Counted from the stretch's first letter, positions 15,148-24,582 are shown. The stretch is DNA of 29,255 bases from a virus (IMGVR_UViG_3300032225_000466:1-29255), one strand, 5' to 3'. Notes: a model not told the origin generated them from the letters alone. Numbers and translations: made by a program.

Positions 15148-16539
15148 TCAGGCCAGCTTGAGCGCGACAACCGGGCCGGCGTTGGACGTGTCGCCGAGCG
15201 AGTGGTGGACAATGTCCAGACGCTGCACCGCACGGAAGGCGGTCTGGTCGGCCTCAAAGTACCGGTCGGTGCTCGACGCCACCTGCATGTCAGACTTCGT
15301 GGCCATGATCGAAGACAGCGACAGATCGCCAACGTAGGCCGCCACGGTGCCCGTGGTGGGCGCTGCGGTCATTTTCAGCACCCACACGACCGGCAGGCCA
15401 AGGAACGTGTTTGGCGTGCCCTGGGCCAAATTCGCCGCCGTGTTGCCGCCAGAAAGGGCACCAATCGTGCCGCTGCCCTGCGTGCCGCTCGACAGCATCA
15501 TCCGCTGCACGGACTGGTGATACACCTGCGGGTGCATGTACCAAGCCGAAGTGCCGATGGCGTAGCGGGGAAGCTTGCCAAGAGCCTGCAGGTAATCATC
15601 GATGTCAAGGGCCGCAATCGACGTGTTGCCGCTGGCAGCCGTGGCGATCGACGCGGTGTGCGTGCCATCGGTGATCTGCGACAGCCCACGGATTCCGCCG
15701 TAGGTGCTGGTGCCGTCACCGTTGAAGAACGCATCATCGATGGAAGCCGCCATGGTCGTGGCGTACTCTTGCGCCAGCCAATCAGCAACGGAAATGGCGT
15801 TGTCGGCCAGCAGTTCGTTGCTGACCTTCGTGGCCATGGCCAACTTCTTGGCAACCAGCTGCACCATCGTGGCGGTCGGGTCGCTGGTCGTTATCGTGGT
15901 GTTCTCCCCGATCCAATACCCGGTCACGCCCGTCAACCTGCGAGGCACAAGCAGCGTGTCAGACGACATCTGCACGCGCTGAGCGAGGTTCATCGCCACG
16001 CCAAACCTTTCAACGAGCCGGATGATGGTGTTGCTGAAATCCTCAAACACCAGCACGCCACCCAGGCTGTTCACCTGGCCGCCCAGGTCGCGGTATTCGG
16101 CGCCGAGGTTGTCGCGGCACCACTGACGGGCTTCGGAATTCCCGAAATGCGCCTTGAGCCACATGCCACAGCGGTGGGCCACCTCGAGCGATTCAAACGC
16201 ACGCAGCTGGCCACGGAAGTTGAGCGGCTGAATACGGGGCTTGGCATCGACGGTTTCGACCGCCGGGGCGGCCCGGTTCAGCGACTTGAGCAGTTCGGCC
16301 TTGCGGGCCTCGGCCTTTTCGGCCTTGTCAATCGCCGCCTTGATGCGGTCGGCCTTCGCAAGCAGATCATCGTAGCGCGCCTGCCGAGCCTCAACCGCCT
16401 CAACGGCCGAACGATCAACCGGGGTGCCATCGGCGTTTTCGCCTGCCTCTTCGGCGGCGCCGGCTTCGTCCATCATGCCAAGCTCTGCGAGCGTGGAGGC
16501 AAGTTCGTCGAGCAGTTCCTTGACGCGGCTGGCGGCCAT
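15148..16539 (-). CDS. HK97-fold major capsid protein with an N-terminal delta domain
   Basis: Coiled-coil N-terminus; GGVLV, WIGE, KLAMATKVSNELLAD, FFNGDG, LGLPV; AGGAG SD at ATG 16539. Confidence 0.95.
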   Translation of the reverse strand: MAASRVKELLDELASTLAELGMMDEAGAAEEAGENADGTPVDRSAVEAVEARQARYDDLLAKADRIKAAIDKAEKAEARKAELLKSLNRAAPAVETVDAKPRIQPLNFRGQLRAFESLEVAHRCGMWLKAHFGNSEARQWCRDNLGAEYRDLGGQVNSLGGVLVFEDFSNTIIRLVERFGVAMNLAQRVQMSSDTLLVPRRLTGVTGYWIGENTTITTSDPTATMVQLVAKKLAMATKVSNELLADNAISVADWLAQEYATTMAASIDDAFFNGDGTSTYGGIRGLSQITDGTHTASIATAASGNTSIAALDIDDYLQALGKLPRYAIGTSAWYMHPQVYHQSVQRMMLSSGTQGSGTIGALSGGNTAANLAQGTPNTFLGLPVVWVLKMTAAPTTGTVAAYVGDLSLSSIMATKSDMQVASSTDRYFEADQTAFRAVQRLDIVHHSLGDTSNAGPVVALKLA

Positions 16540-16582
16540 AGTGTGGCGCTCCTGTGTGTGCGGTAGGTGGTGACCTTTCCGC

Positions 16583-16613
16583 ACGCTACGGCCACAGGTG
16601 CCAACCCTTGCAG
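16583..16613 (-). promoter_or_regulatory. late-promoter motif CTGCAAG-N18-TAGCGT
   Basis: Intergenic, about 45 nt upstream of the capsid start. Confidence 0.7.
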
Positions 16614-16638
16614 AACGCAGAGCCAACTTGTTTCCTAG

Positions 16639-16815
16639 TTAGGAAACGATTCCACGCCGGCGAATGTTGTCTGCCGAAATGACGCTGCGCTGATTTGCGC
16701 CGCACGCAGGGCACTTCAGGTACCGAATTTGGTACACGCCAGCGGCGCAAGAACGCACGACACCAAGCCGGCCGCGCTTGCACGCGCGGCACGAATCACC
16801 CGATTTTGCGGCCAT
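16639..16815 (-). CDS. small Zn-ribbon protein, Ogr/Delta- or NrdR-N-like; candidate late transcription activator
   Basis: CRAC...GVVRS...IRYLKCPACG; overlaps the protease stop. Confidence 0.65.
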   Translation of the reverse strand: MAAKSGDSCRACKRGRLGVVRSCAAGVYQIRYLKCPACGANQRSVISADNIRRRGIVS

Positions 16816-17413
16816 GCTGCCGGAGAAACCTGCGGAGTGCGTTTTCCAACTTCGCATCCCGTCGAAGTGCCGGCAGCTTCAGCGCCGGTCGGTGCGTTTT
16901 CAGGTGCTTGTCAAGCGATCGAACAGCTACGGACGTGTCTTCGTAGGCCGGAGTCAGCACTGGCCCAACGTCATACAGTCCCTCAATGGCCCGTACGTAA
17001 CGCAGGTGACCGCCGTTTTCGTCGGTTGTCCATTCGTCGCCATCCTTGGCCACGGTGAATGCAAACGAAGAGCCGTACACGTCACCGCGCCGGATCAATT
17101 CCACGATATCCGCACGCGTGGCCGGCGGGTCTATTTCGTATCCCAGCCCTTGCTCTGTCGGAGCCAGGCGAAGAGTGCCGGCACGCTCGGTGCCCAACAC
17201 GATGTTGGTGTCGTGGTTAAACACGCCAACCACGTTGCGCTTTTCGCGCTTCATGACGCCATCAAACGCACCCGGCATGATTTCTTCGGTGAAATTGCCA
17301 AGATTGACGCTGCGAACGCGGTACATGGCGGCCATGCCTTTGATGACGGTTTTGCCATCGTCACGCGTCTCAAGGTTCAGCGTTTCTTGAAATGACCGCG
17401 TTTCTTTTTCCAT
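16796..17413 (-). CDS. HK97-family prohead protease
   Basis: IKGMAAMY, FTEEIMPGAF, FNHD, GTLRL, GSSFAF, DVGPVLTPAY. Confidence 0.93.
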   Translation of the reverse strand: MEKETRSFQETLNLETRDDGKTVIKGMAAMYRVRSVNLGNFTEEIMPGAFDGVMKREKRNVVGVFNHDTNIVLGTERAGTLRLAPTEQGLGYEIDPPATRADIVELIRRGDVYGSSFAFTVAKDGDEWTTDENGGHLRYVRAIEGLYDVGPVLTPAYEDTSVAVRSLDKHLKTHRPALKLPALRRDAKLENALRRFLRQHGRKIG

Positions 17414-17417
17414 GGTG

Positions 17418-18788
17418 CTAATCCTTTTTCTTTCGTGAGCGTGGAGCCCGCTTGGCGCGTGACATCGGCGTGACAGCCGGTGCTGCCGGGGCCGGCGGTG
17501 GCGATGCGTTTAAAAGCTTGTCTGTGTAAGACTGCGGAAGGTTGTCAGCCGGCGCCGGTTCCCCAGCGTTGCCAACGGCTGCATCAGCGGCGATGCCCTG
17601 CATCGTGGTTAGGTTCATCTGCATGTACCGCTGATCGCCTTCGGGGCCAATCGGGTTCATGTTGAGCACTTCGCGGCATTCGTTCACCGAATAAATGCCG
17701 GTGGCCAGCATGGTTTGCAACCACGCCCCTTGTGCGGCCAGATCGCCACGCAACAGCCCGCGCGTGTCAAACTCCGCAAAATACACGTCATCCTGCACAA
17801 CAAGATCGCGCGTGATCGCCGATTCCCAACGGCGAAACCACGGCATCAGCGTCTGCTGCACCAGATCGATGGCCGCCTGCTCTTGGCTGGCGTAACCGAC
17901 TTTCGTCTTGTCTTGAACGTACGACGGATCAACGCGGTAGGCCCGGCATATTTCAATCACTTGGTATTGCCGGGTTTCAAGGAATTGGCTGGCCTCGTTG
18001 CTGCTTTGCACGTCCTTCCAATGAACTCCCGCCGGCAGGATTGCCGTGCGGTGGGCTCGGTCGGCGCCGCGGTGCAGCCGCTCAAACTGTTCACGCAGCC
18101 GCTCGGCGTTCTCAACGGAAATTGGGTTGTCGGATTCCATCAGGCCCGACAGCCGGCAACTGTTGCCAAAGTAGGCGCCGCCGTGAGCCTCAAGGGCTTG
18201 GGCCAGTCCGATGGCATCCTTGCTCAGCGTCACGGGCAGCATTCCCATGACGCCATCAGACGACAGCCAACGCAGGTGAAAAATCTGATCCTGCGTGTAC
18301 CGTGTCTCGGCTCCGTTCTCTTCGCGGTAGTAGTAGCACAGCGTGCCGTCTTCCAGCTGATGCACCGTCATTCGGCTAGGGTGCAACGGCCACAGCGAAT
18401 CGACGGCGCCGGCCGGGCCGCTGCGGATCTCGGCAAACGCATTGCCATAGGTCAACGCGTGAGCGGTAAGCATCTCTCGAAACTCAAACGAAGTCTGCCA
18501 GCCGTTAGGCTGCTGATTCAGCAATCGGTACAGCGGCAGATCGCGGGCGCGCTCTTTGCCGCCTTGCTGCAGCCGGCGGTAAACGTGCAACGGAATTGCC
18601 GCCACGTTTTCTGCAATCAGCCGCACGCAGGCCAGCACGGCACTGCATTTGAGCGCCGTTTCAGGCGTGATTCGCATGCCAGACGGGCCACGGCTTGGCG
18701 CATCGTTCCAGCCGTCCGAATAGTTGCCGCTGCCACGCAGATCAATGATCTTGAAAGATTGTTCCGGCGTTTCGGCGTGCGAAATCAT
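17418..18788 (-). CDS. HK97-family portal protein
   Basis: AVLACVRLIA, YGNAFA, LWPLHP, IFHLR, QFLETRQY, EICRAYRV, NECRE; ATGA overlap with terL. Confidence 0.95.
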   Translation of the reverse strand: MISHAETPEQSFKIIDLRGSGNYSDGWNDAPSRGPSGMRITPETALKCSAVLACVRLIAENVAAIPLHVYRRLQQGGKERARDLPLYRLLNQQPNGWQTSFEFREMLTAHALTYGNAFAEIRSGPAGAVDSLWPLHPSRMTVHQLEDGTLCYYYREENGAETRYTQDQIFHLRWLSSDGVMGMLPVTLSKDAIGLAQALEAHGGAYFGNSCRLSGLMESDNPISVENAERLREQFERLHRGADRAHRTAILPAGVHWKDVQSSNEASQFLETRQYQVIEICRAYRVDPSYVQDKTKVGYASQEQAAIDLVQQTLMPWFRRWESAITRDLVVQDDVYFAEFDTRGLLRGDLAAQGAWLQTMLATGIYSVNECREVLNMNPIGPEGDQRYMQMNLTTMQGIAADAAVGNAGEPAPADNLPQSYTDKLLNASPPPAPAAPAVTPMSRAKRAPRSRKKKD

Positions 18789-20335
18789 AGCGTCAGGATG
18801 TCCCACGTTTGTGCTGGTGCCGGTGCCGTCGCGGTGTCGTGAATTCCGATTGCCATGACCAGCGACACAATGCCGTCAATGCGTTCGGTGTCCTTGCCTT
18901 TTTTTGGCTTGATGTTGCCTGCGTAGTCGCTCTGTATCGCTACGTTTCCCGCCTGCCACGTCAGCACAGGGTGGCCGCCGTGCAACAGTTTGCCGGAAAC
19001 GCACAACGCTTCGGTGCGTTTTGCTGGTGAAGACATTGAGCCGTAGCCCTGCCCGAATCCTATGACGTTTCGGCCGTCTCCTTGCAGAAGTTGGGAGATG
19101 TGATGTGAATTCCACCTATCAATTGCAATGGCGCGTATTTGGTACTGCTTTGCTAAATCATTGATGCCAGCACGCACCCGGTCGTAGTCCGTAACGTTGC
19201 CTTCAGTTACGTGAAGATGGCCCTGTTTTTGCCACACGTCATACGGCACCTTGTCGCGGCGTACTCGGGCGGAAAGGTTGTCGGATGGAATCCAAAAATG
19301 AGGCTCCACCCAGTACGTTCCATCCTCAAGCGGGAACAGCAACACCAGGGCCGTCGTGTCGTACGTTGTGGCCAAGTCAAGACCGGCCCAACATTCCCGC
19401 CCCGTCAGATCCACAGGGCAGGGGACGTTGCCCTGTGCCCAATGATCCATCCGCAACCATCGCTTGTCCTGCTCTGTCCACTGGTTCAGGTACAGCTGCC
19501 GAAACGTGTTTTCGTACGCAGGCATTTCAATTGCTCGAGCACACTCGCTGCGTAAAAAATCAACCTTCACGCTGACGCCTAGGTTGGGATTCGCCTTGGC
19601 CCACGTCTTTTCAGACTGCCAATCATCGGCTGTGTCAGCCGCATAGATGGCCGGCAGAAACGATTCGTCTTTTACGGCACCTGTGGCTACAGCCTCGGCG
19701 TATTTCCACACCTCCCAGCACACGCTTTTCCGGTCGTAGCCGGCCGTGGTGATGTAGACCATTAGCGGTTGCCGCCGGGCGCCCATGCTGGTGGCCATTA
19801 CGTCAACCAGTTCCCGATTGGGCTGGGCGTGCAATTCGTCAAAGATCACGCCGTGCGGCGAAAGCCCGTGCTGAATGCCCGCTTCAGCGCTCAACGCTTT
19901 GTAGGTGCCGTGCGTGCGTTCGCAAACGATCGCGTTGCGGTAGACCTTCAGGAACTGCGACAGCACCGGGGACTGTTCCACGGCAATCCGCGCGGTGTCA
20001 AACACCAACCTGGCCTGATCCCGTGCCGCAGCCACGGAATACACTTCGACGCCTGGCTCTGGCTCAAGCAGAAGCTTGAGCGCCAGCCCGGCCGCCAGCG
20101 TCGATTTCCCGTTTTTGCGCCCGACCGCCAACAGCGAAGTGCGTATCTTGCGTTGACCTTTGGGGGCATAAAACAACGCCCGCACGTATGCCTGTTGCCA
20201 CGGCTCAAGCAGGAAGGGCTTGCCGCCACGCTCGCCTTTGGCGTGCGTCATCATTGTGGCGAAGAATTGCACCGCCCGACAGGATGCACACAGACCGCAC
20301 GGCGTTTCAGCCGAACAGGATGCGGGCCGCTTCAT
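18785..20335 (-). CDS. terL: terminase large subunit
   Basis: LEPWQ, Walker A GRKNGKS, Walker B IFDELH, ITTAG, GLDLA, RIDGIVS. Start codon uncertain. Confidence 0.95.
   Translation of the reverse strand: MKRPASCSAETPCGLCASCRAVQFFATMMTHAKGERGGKPFLLEPWQQAYVRALFYAPKGQRKIRTSLLAVGRKNGKSTLAAGLALKLLLEPEPGVEVYSVAAARDQARLVFDTARIAVEQSPVLSQFLKVYRNAIVCERTHGTYKALSAEAGIQHGLSPHGVIFDELHAQPNRELVDVMATSMGARRQPLMVYITTAGYDRKSVCWEVWKYAEAVATGAVKDESFLPAIYAADTADDWQSEKTWAKANPNLGVSVKVDFLRSECARAIEMPAYENTFRQLYLNQWTEQDKRWLRMDHWAQGNVPCPVDLTGRECWAGLDLATTYDTTALVLLFPLEDGTYWVEPHFWIPSDNLSARVRRDKVPYDVWQKQGHLHVTEGNVTDYDRVRAGINDLAKQYQIRAIAIDRWNSHHISQLLQGDGRNVIGFGQGYGSMSSPAKRTEALCVSGKLLHGGHPVLTWQAGNVAIQSDYAGNIKPKKGKDTERIDGIVSLVMAIGIHDTATAPAPAQTWDILTL
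19057..19087 (-). promoter_or_regulatory. late-promoter motif CTGCAAG-N18-TAGGAT, internal to terL
   Basis: Matches motif and spacing; about 270 nt upstream of the portal start; inside coding sequence. Confidence 0.4.
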
Positions 20336-20765
20336 CGTTTTGTTGCGGGCCATCGTCCACCGCTGATACGCGGGCCAGGGCGGAAGCAGTCAAACCAAAT
20401 TCTGACGCAAACTTCAGCATATGCAGTCGTGCATCACGCTTGCGGTTCCACGCGGGGTGGTTGCTGACTTTGCCTTTGTCATCAATGAACGTGGCGCCAT
20501 GCTGCCGCAGCTCGGCATCGGCCTTGATCATGTCGGCCAACGAATCGCAATAGGCCGCCAGGGTCATTTGGTGTCGTGGACTCATGACCTTGGATGCCTC
20601 GAGCATGGGTACGATTCGTTCCCATTCGGCCCGCCCTAGGTCGCAGAGCCACGCCGGGGCAGGGGGGGCACCAGGCGGTGCGTCAATCCCGGTTTTGTGT
20701 GGCCCACGGACGCGGGAACCACGAATTTGTAGGATCGGCTTAGCCGTTGGCCGGCGGCCTTTCAT
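20307..20765 (-). CDS. terS: terminase small subunit, P27 family
   Basis: MKGRRPT...PAPAWL...EWERI...LAAYC...NHPA...SEFGLTASAL. Confidence 0.92.
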   Translation of the reverse strand: MKGRRPTAKPILQIRGSRVRGPHKTGIDAPPGAPPAPAWLCDLGRAEWERIVPMLEASKVMSPRHQMTLAAYCDSLADMIKADAELRQHGATFIDDKGKVSNHPAWNRKRDARLHMLKFASEFGLTASALARVSAVDDGPQQNDEAARILFG

Positions 20766-20769
20766 CGGG

Positions 20770-20865
20770 AAATCCCCCGTTTGCCAATTTCGGCCCCGCG
20801 TACGCAAAGGAAAACCACGGGGTTTATATCCCAGTTCCGCCCATACTTTTAACCCGCCCCCGGTC
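20770..20865. other. predicted cos packaging region
   Basis: Lies at the HNH-terS junction, the usual cos position in HK97-like phages, with GGGGGCGGGTTAAAAGT on the minus strand. Cut site not determinable. Confidence 0.4.
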
Positions 20866-21180
20866 GCGGATTCCCTTGGCGGCGTGGCAACGTATGCACA
20901 GGCACTGCCCGTTGGTCACGTCGTAGCGGCTGCTGCCGTCTTCGCATTTATCTGTGCCATGAACAACAGGGCTGACGTGATCCGCCTGTGCCTCTCGCTT
21001 ATCGCCACACACGCGCCCGCATTCCCTGCACGTCCACGCGTCACGGTTTAGCACGGCCTGACGCCACGCTCGATGCGCCTTGTCGCAATACCCACGGGCT
21101 GCCGCGTTCGGTCGCGTCGAATCGTCACGCCTCGACGTTCGCAGGCGCAGCGGCCTGTGGGAGGGTATTCGGTTTGGCAC
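20824..21180 (-). CDS. HNH endonuclease (HK97 gp74-like terminase cofactor)
   Basis: VLNRDAWTCREC...DHVSP...NGQCLCIRCHAAK; immediately upstream of terS. Confidence 0.88.
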   Translation of the reverse strand: MPNRIPSHRPLRLRTSRRDDSTRPNAAARGYCDKAHRAWRQAVLNRDAWTCRECGRVCGDKREAQADHVSPVVHGTDKCEDGSSRYDVTNGQCLCIRCHAAKGIRDRGRVKSMGGTGI

Positions 21181-21533
21181 TACGACTTCATCACCACAGA
21201 GGCAGTCGCCGTAGCAGCCGCACTGGCAGCCACCAGCTTTACGTAGGGCAAAGCGTATGCGGCATCGGGTAGGGCGTACACGGTGCTGTTGGTGGTGCTG
21301 GGCGCCAACGTAATTGCAGCCGCCGTGCCATCGCTGCCGTACAGCTGTGCAAAAGCGCCGGTGTCTGTCGTGTTGCCCCACACCTGCAGCGTGGCAGCGC
21401 TGGTGCTAATCGTGCCAATCTGCACAACGGCGCCAGCCATGTCTTCCATGCGAAGCGTGGTGCTGACGCTGGTGGCCGTGCCAATGTTGGCGGTGACCGT
21501 GCGGAAATTGCGCTTGATCTTTACTTGGCTCAT
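21180..21533 (-). CDS. Thr/Ala-rich beta-sandwich protein, putative virion component
   Basis: GAGGA SD; own late-promoter motif; LQVWG...LYGSDG...PYVKLV. Confidence 0.75.
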   Translation of the reverse strand: MSQVKIKRNFRTVTANIGTATSVSTTLRMEDMAGAVVQIGTISTSAATLQVWGNTTDTGAFAQLYGSDGTAAAITLAPSTTNSTVYALPDAAYALPYVKLVAASAAATATASVVMKS

Positions 21534-21580
21534 GTTGTCCTCTTGTGGCTCGGGTCAGGCCCGAATCGTGGCCTGCGTGT

Positions 21581-21611
21581 AGGTTAGCGGCGTTAACGGT
21601 TTGTCTTGCAG
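21581..21611 (-). promoter_or_regulatory. late-promoter motif CTGCAAG-N18-TAACCT
   Basis: Intergenic, heading the HNH/terminase operon; shares flanking CCGCTAA...ACACGYAGG with the tail promoter. Confidence 0.7.
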
Positions 21612-21857
21612 TTAGCGCGGCTTGCGTGGCGGGCGTGGCGAGGGCGGGGCGGGCACGTCATTGGATGGCGACAGCGCCGCATACCACTCGAAAAACGCTT
21701 CGAGCGGCCCCCCCGGCACGGCATCGGCTAGCGCGGAATCGTTGACGAGCAAGCCGCCAAGCGCTCCGCGCACGGGATTGATTCTCACGCTTGGGCTATC
21801 GGCGTTAAGTAATTCCAGCGGGGCAACCGCATCCGTTCCAACGTCCAGCCAGCCCAT
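21612..21857 (-). CDS. hypothetical protein, 81 aa, Pro-rich tail
   Basis: TAATG overlap and GGAGG SD. Confidence 0.7.
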   Translation of the reverse strand: MGWLDVGTDAVAPLELLNADSPSVRINPVRGALGGLLVNDSALADAVPGGPLEAFFEWYAALSPSNDVPAPPSPRPPRKPR

Positions 21858-22786
21858 TAAATCGCCCTCCCTAGCGCCGTCTGAAAGGCGGCCATGGCGT
21901 TGTAAAACGCGGCCCGGCCGCCATTGAATGACAGATTCCCCACCGTGCCGACGGAGTAAGCCGCCACAGCGCCATCGGCGTAGTACGGAGTGGGCGCAAG
22001 GCCACTGCCATAGTCATACGATGACCAGCAACCGCCGAACAGCAGCGGTGTGATGTCAATTGTTTGAAATGCATTTGCGGAGACGTTTCTCACCGTGACG
22101 GATAACGCCGCCCCCTGCCGCGCCATCAGTCCAGTTGCCGCAGACGAAAATAGCGCCAGCGTGAATCCGTACCCCGCGGTCGAAGCATACATATCATGGT
22201 CGCTATTGCTGGACGATCCCGTTTGGAAATAGGCGGCACTGTCTCCGATTGTCGCATTGGCGCCGCAATCAAGCGCGCACGCATTGGTGTTGTATAGCCC
22301 GCCGTAATCGCTTCCGCCGAAGTGTGGGCCGGTCGCACTTGTGCGGTTGTAAACCGACACATGCACGTTGCTGTAGTCAGCGCCAAACGTCGCCAGCGTG
22401 CCAATGGTCAGCGTGGTATCTAAATATTTGGTGGCGCCGTCGCCTGTCAGGCCAGTGCTTTGCGTGTAATCGCCGCTTGCGTATGGGCCAACGTTTGTAT
22501 CTATCGCCGCGCCGTATTGCGTGCCGGTAGCCGAGGCGCCGCGGTAAAGCGGGGTGCGGGCCGCCGCCAGATTGCCGCCACACACCAGATTCAGCCGCAG
22601 GAAGGACGAGCGAATGCCGGCCGCGTCTATGGCCGCGCAAAAATCGCTTACCGCCTGCATTGTGGAAGCGCTGACCGTTCCGCCATTCGCCAGTGCGGCC
22701 GTGCGCCACGCGAGGGCCTCAGCGTGATACGTTGGGCCAGCAGTCACTGCGGCTTTGGGCCGCATGGTGCGATTATTCATCGGCAT
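21857..22786 (-). CDS. putative virion fibre / lectin-like protein
   Basis: AAGGA SD; G/A/T/S/Y-rich; GLTGDGATKYLDT; ends FQTALGR. Confidence 0.65.
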   Translation of the reverse strand: MPMNNRTMRPKAAVTAGPTYHAEALAWRTAALANGGTVSASTMQAVSDFCAAIDAAGIRSSFLRLNLVCGGNLAAARTPLYRGASATGTQYGAAIDTNVGPYASGDYTQSTGLTGDGATKYLDTTLTIGTLATFGADYSNVHVSVYNRTSATGPHFGGSDYGGLYNTNACALDCGANATIGDSAAYFQTGSSSNSDHDMYASTAGYGFTLALFSSAATGLMARQGAALSVTVRNVSANAFQTIDITPLLFGGCWSSYDYGSGLAPTPYYADGAVAAYSVGTVGNLSFNGGRAAFYNAMAAFQTALGRAI

Positions 22787-22789
22787 TGG

Positions 22790-23089
22790 TCAATTCCTTT
22801 GCGAAATGGCCGTCTTGATTTCGTGCTGGCCCTCGGCCAACTCTTGCAACGTCTTTGCCTGCTGGGTCTGCACGGCGCCGATTTCGTGCAGCGTTTCGCT
22901 GGTGGCCTCCAAGAATTCGATGTGCGACTTGACCACAGGTTCAACGGCCCCACTGTAGAGCACCTGGCAAGCCTCACGGCCGAAGTACAGCACAACGGCA
23001 AGAATGACGCACGGCACGCCAAACCGGTCAGCAATCCGCAGAAACGTGTCCAAAACGCCTTGCCGGATTTCTTCAGTAGTCATGATCAC
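22790..23089 (-). CDS. single-TM coiled-coil protein, holin-like candidate
   Basis: Hydrophobic FGVPCVILAVVLYF followed by a heptad-like C-terminus. Confidence 0.6.
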   Translation of the reverse strand: MIMTTEEIRQGVLDTFLRIADRFGVPCVILAVVLYFGREACQVLYSGAVEPVVKSHIEFLEATSETLHEIGAVQTQQAKTLQELAEGQHEIKTAISQRN

Positions 23090-23435
23090 ACCCGCCTACG
23101 ATTTGCACCATTTCGGCAGGGTGGTCCATCCACCACGCAATCAACAGTTTGATGATTTCCTGCACTAAGGCACCAAGAATCAACGAAAGGATGATGCCCA
23201 TGCCGTATTCTTGCCGGGTCTGCCGCGTGATCGTACGAGTAAAGTACGTGCCTACCACGTCCGCCTGGGCCGCATCGCATTGCTGCAGCACCGGCACGGG
23301 CCATTGACGCACGGCACGCTTTGTCAGCCGATCCACGAACCGGCGTCCAGCAACGTGCTTTTGCACGCTCAACTGGTCCCACACGCGCTGCTGCAGCTGC
23401 TCGAGCGTGGCCGATGGCTCTGGTGTAGCGTTCAT
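23073..23435 (-). CDS. hypothetical membrane protein
   Basis: C-terminal hydrophobic GMGIILSLILGALVQEIIKLLIAWW; ATGA overlap. Confidence 0.7.
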   Translation of the reverse strand: MNATPEPSATLEQLQQRVWDQLSVQKHVAGRRFVDRLTKRAVRQWPVPVLQQCDAAQADVVGTYFTRTITRQTRQEYGMGIILSLILGALVQEIIKLLIAWWMDHPAEMVQIVGGCDHDY

Positions 23436-23668
23436 TTCTTGCCCGTTCCTTTGCAGATAGGGCAGGTGATTTTTATTTTCCCGTCACCGATAAAGCCATC
23501 AACGCAGTTGTCGCACTTGTCAATGGCCGGCGTGGGCGGTGCTTCCTGACGCATCAGAGTCACCATGCGTGCCGTTTCGCACGCTAGGTCTGAGGTGAGC
23601 GTTGGATCGTCAGGCAGCGTGGCAACGCAACCAGACAGCAGCAAGACCAGTGCCAGCAGGTACTTCAC
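23432..23668 (-). CDS. predicted lipoprotein with a DnaJ-type Zn-finger
   Basis: MKYLLALVLLLSG-C lipobox; CDNCVDG and CPICKGTG. Confidence 0.75.
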   Translation of the reverse strand: MKYLLALVLLLSGCVATLPDDPTLTSDLACETARMVTLMRQEAPPTPAIDKCDNCVDGFIGDGKIKITCPICKGTGKK

Positions 23669-24582
23669 AGAATCCCCTTCAGCCAATCCGATGGCAGCGT
23701 GCGTGGGGCGAATCCGGCGTATCCAGACAAGGCAAACGAATCTTCACCGGACAACATCCGGCTGCACGTTTCTGCTCGCACCCAGCCGGCAGACCGCTGG
23801 AACTGCACGGGCAGCTGCTTGTCCACGTCGCCGCTGTAGCAGTCGTTCCATGAGTTGACGCAGAGCAGGGCAGGGTATGGCTTCCAACGCACGCCGGCGA
23901 ACATCATGCAATGTGCCCACGAACCGGCTGGCGTCAGGTAGCCGCCATCACGCAGTGTCATGGTGAATCCCTGCATTGAGCACACGGCCACCGGATAGCC
24001 GTTCTGAATAGCCTTGGCGGCATCCTCAAAAGTCTTGACCAGTGCCACGCTGCTGACCTTGTGCTGGGCGGCGTAGTGCTCAAGGTTGTCGGGCACGCCG
24101 TCCCGGCCCCATTCCTTTTCACGGCTGCCGCTGTTGTCCGTGAACGTCGTGCCGCCGTAGTCCTGGCCGTAGTGCAGCGTGCCGTACTTGGTTACCGCCT
24201 TGGCGGCAGCGCCACCGTATGACCCATCGCCACCTAGATTTCGCTGTCCTCTAACCTCCACTCGGCTGAACCCGTATACGCTGGCCTCGAGCACACGGCC
24301 GCCATACGTTTCGGCTTCGTTTCTTAGCAGGATGTCGCAGGCGGCCAGGATGTCGCACGACAGTGACCAACCCCACCCAACGCATGATCCAATCTTTTGG
24401 GCACCGCGTTTCCAATCCGGCGCGACCTTTAGCAGTGCGGAACCTAAGAACACATCGCGGCTTTCATCCAGCACCAAGTCAGGCCCGGCCTGCAACAGCA
24501 TGGGGCGTGGCAATGACGCCAAGAACGCGTCAGTGCCTTGGCGGTTTGGGCTGTAGCCCATCAAGGGCAGAAAGTCGGCCAC
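23665..24582 (-). CDS. papain-like (C1) cysteine peptidase
   Basis: QKIGSCVGWG (Gln/Cys), WAHCMMFAG (His), VNSW (Asn); GGAGG SD. Confidence 0.85.
   Translation of the reverse strand: MADFLPLMGYSPNRQGTDAFLASLPRPMLLQAGPDLVLDESRDVFLGSALLKVAPDWKRGAQKIGSCVGWGWSLSCDILAACDILLRNEAETYGGRVLEASVYGFSRVEVRGQRNLGGDGSYGGAAAKAVTKYGTLHYGQDYGGTTFTDNSGSREKEWGRDGVPDNLEHYAAQHKVSSVALVKTFEDAAKAIQNGYPVAVCSMQGFTMTLRDGGYLTPAGSWAHCMMFAGVRWKPYPALLCVNSWNDCYSGDVDKQLPVQFQRSAGWVRAETCSRMLSGEDSFALSGYAGFAPRTLPSDWLKGIL

Noticed and set aside
14202-16566. Long plus-strand ORFs (319 aa and 484 aa) opposite the GT, decoration and capsid genes
   Set aside because: Antisense shadows of high-GC, codon-biased genes; no recognisable motifs.
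17715-18842. 375-aa plus-strand ORF opposite the portal, and similar ORFs opposite TMP, terL, FkbM and gmd
   Set aside because: Same antisense-shadow artefact.
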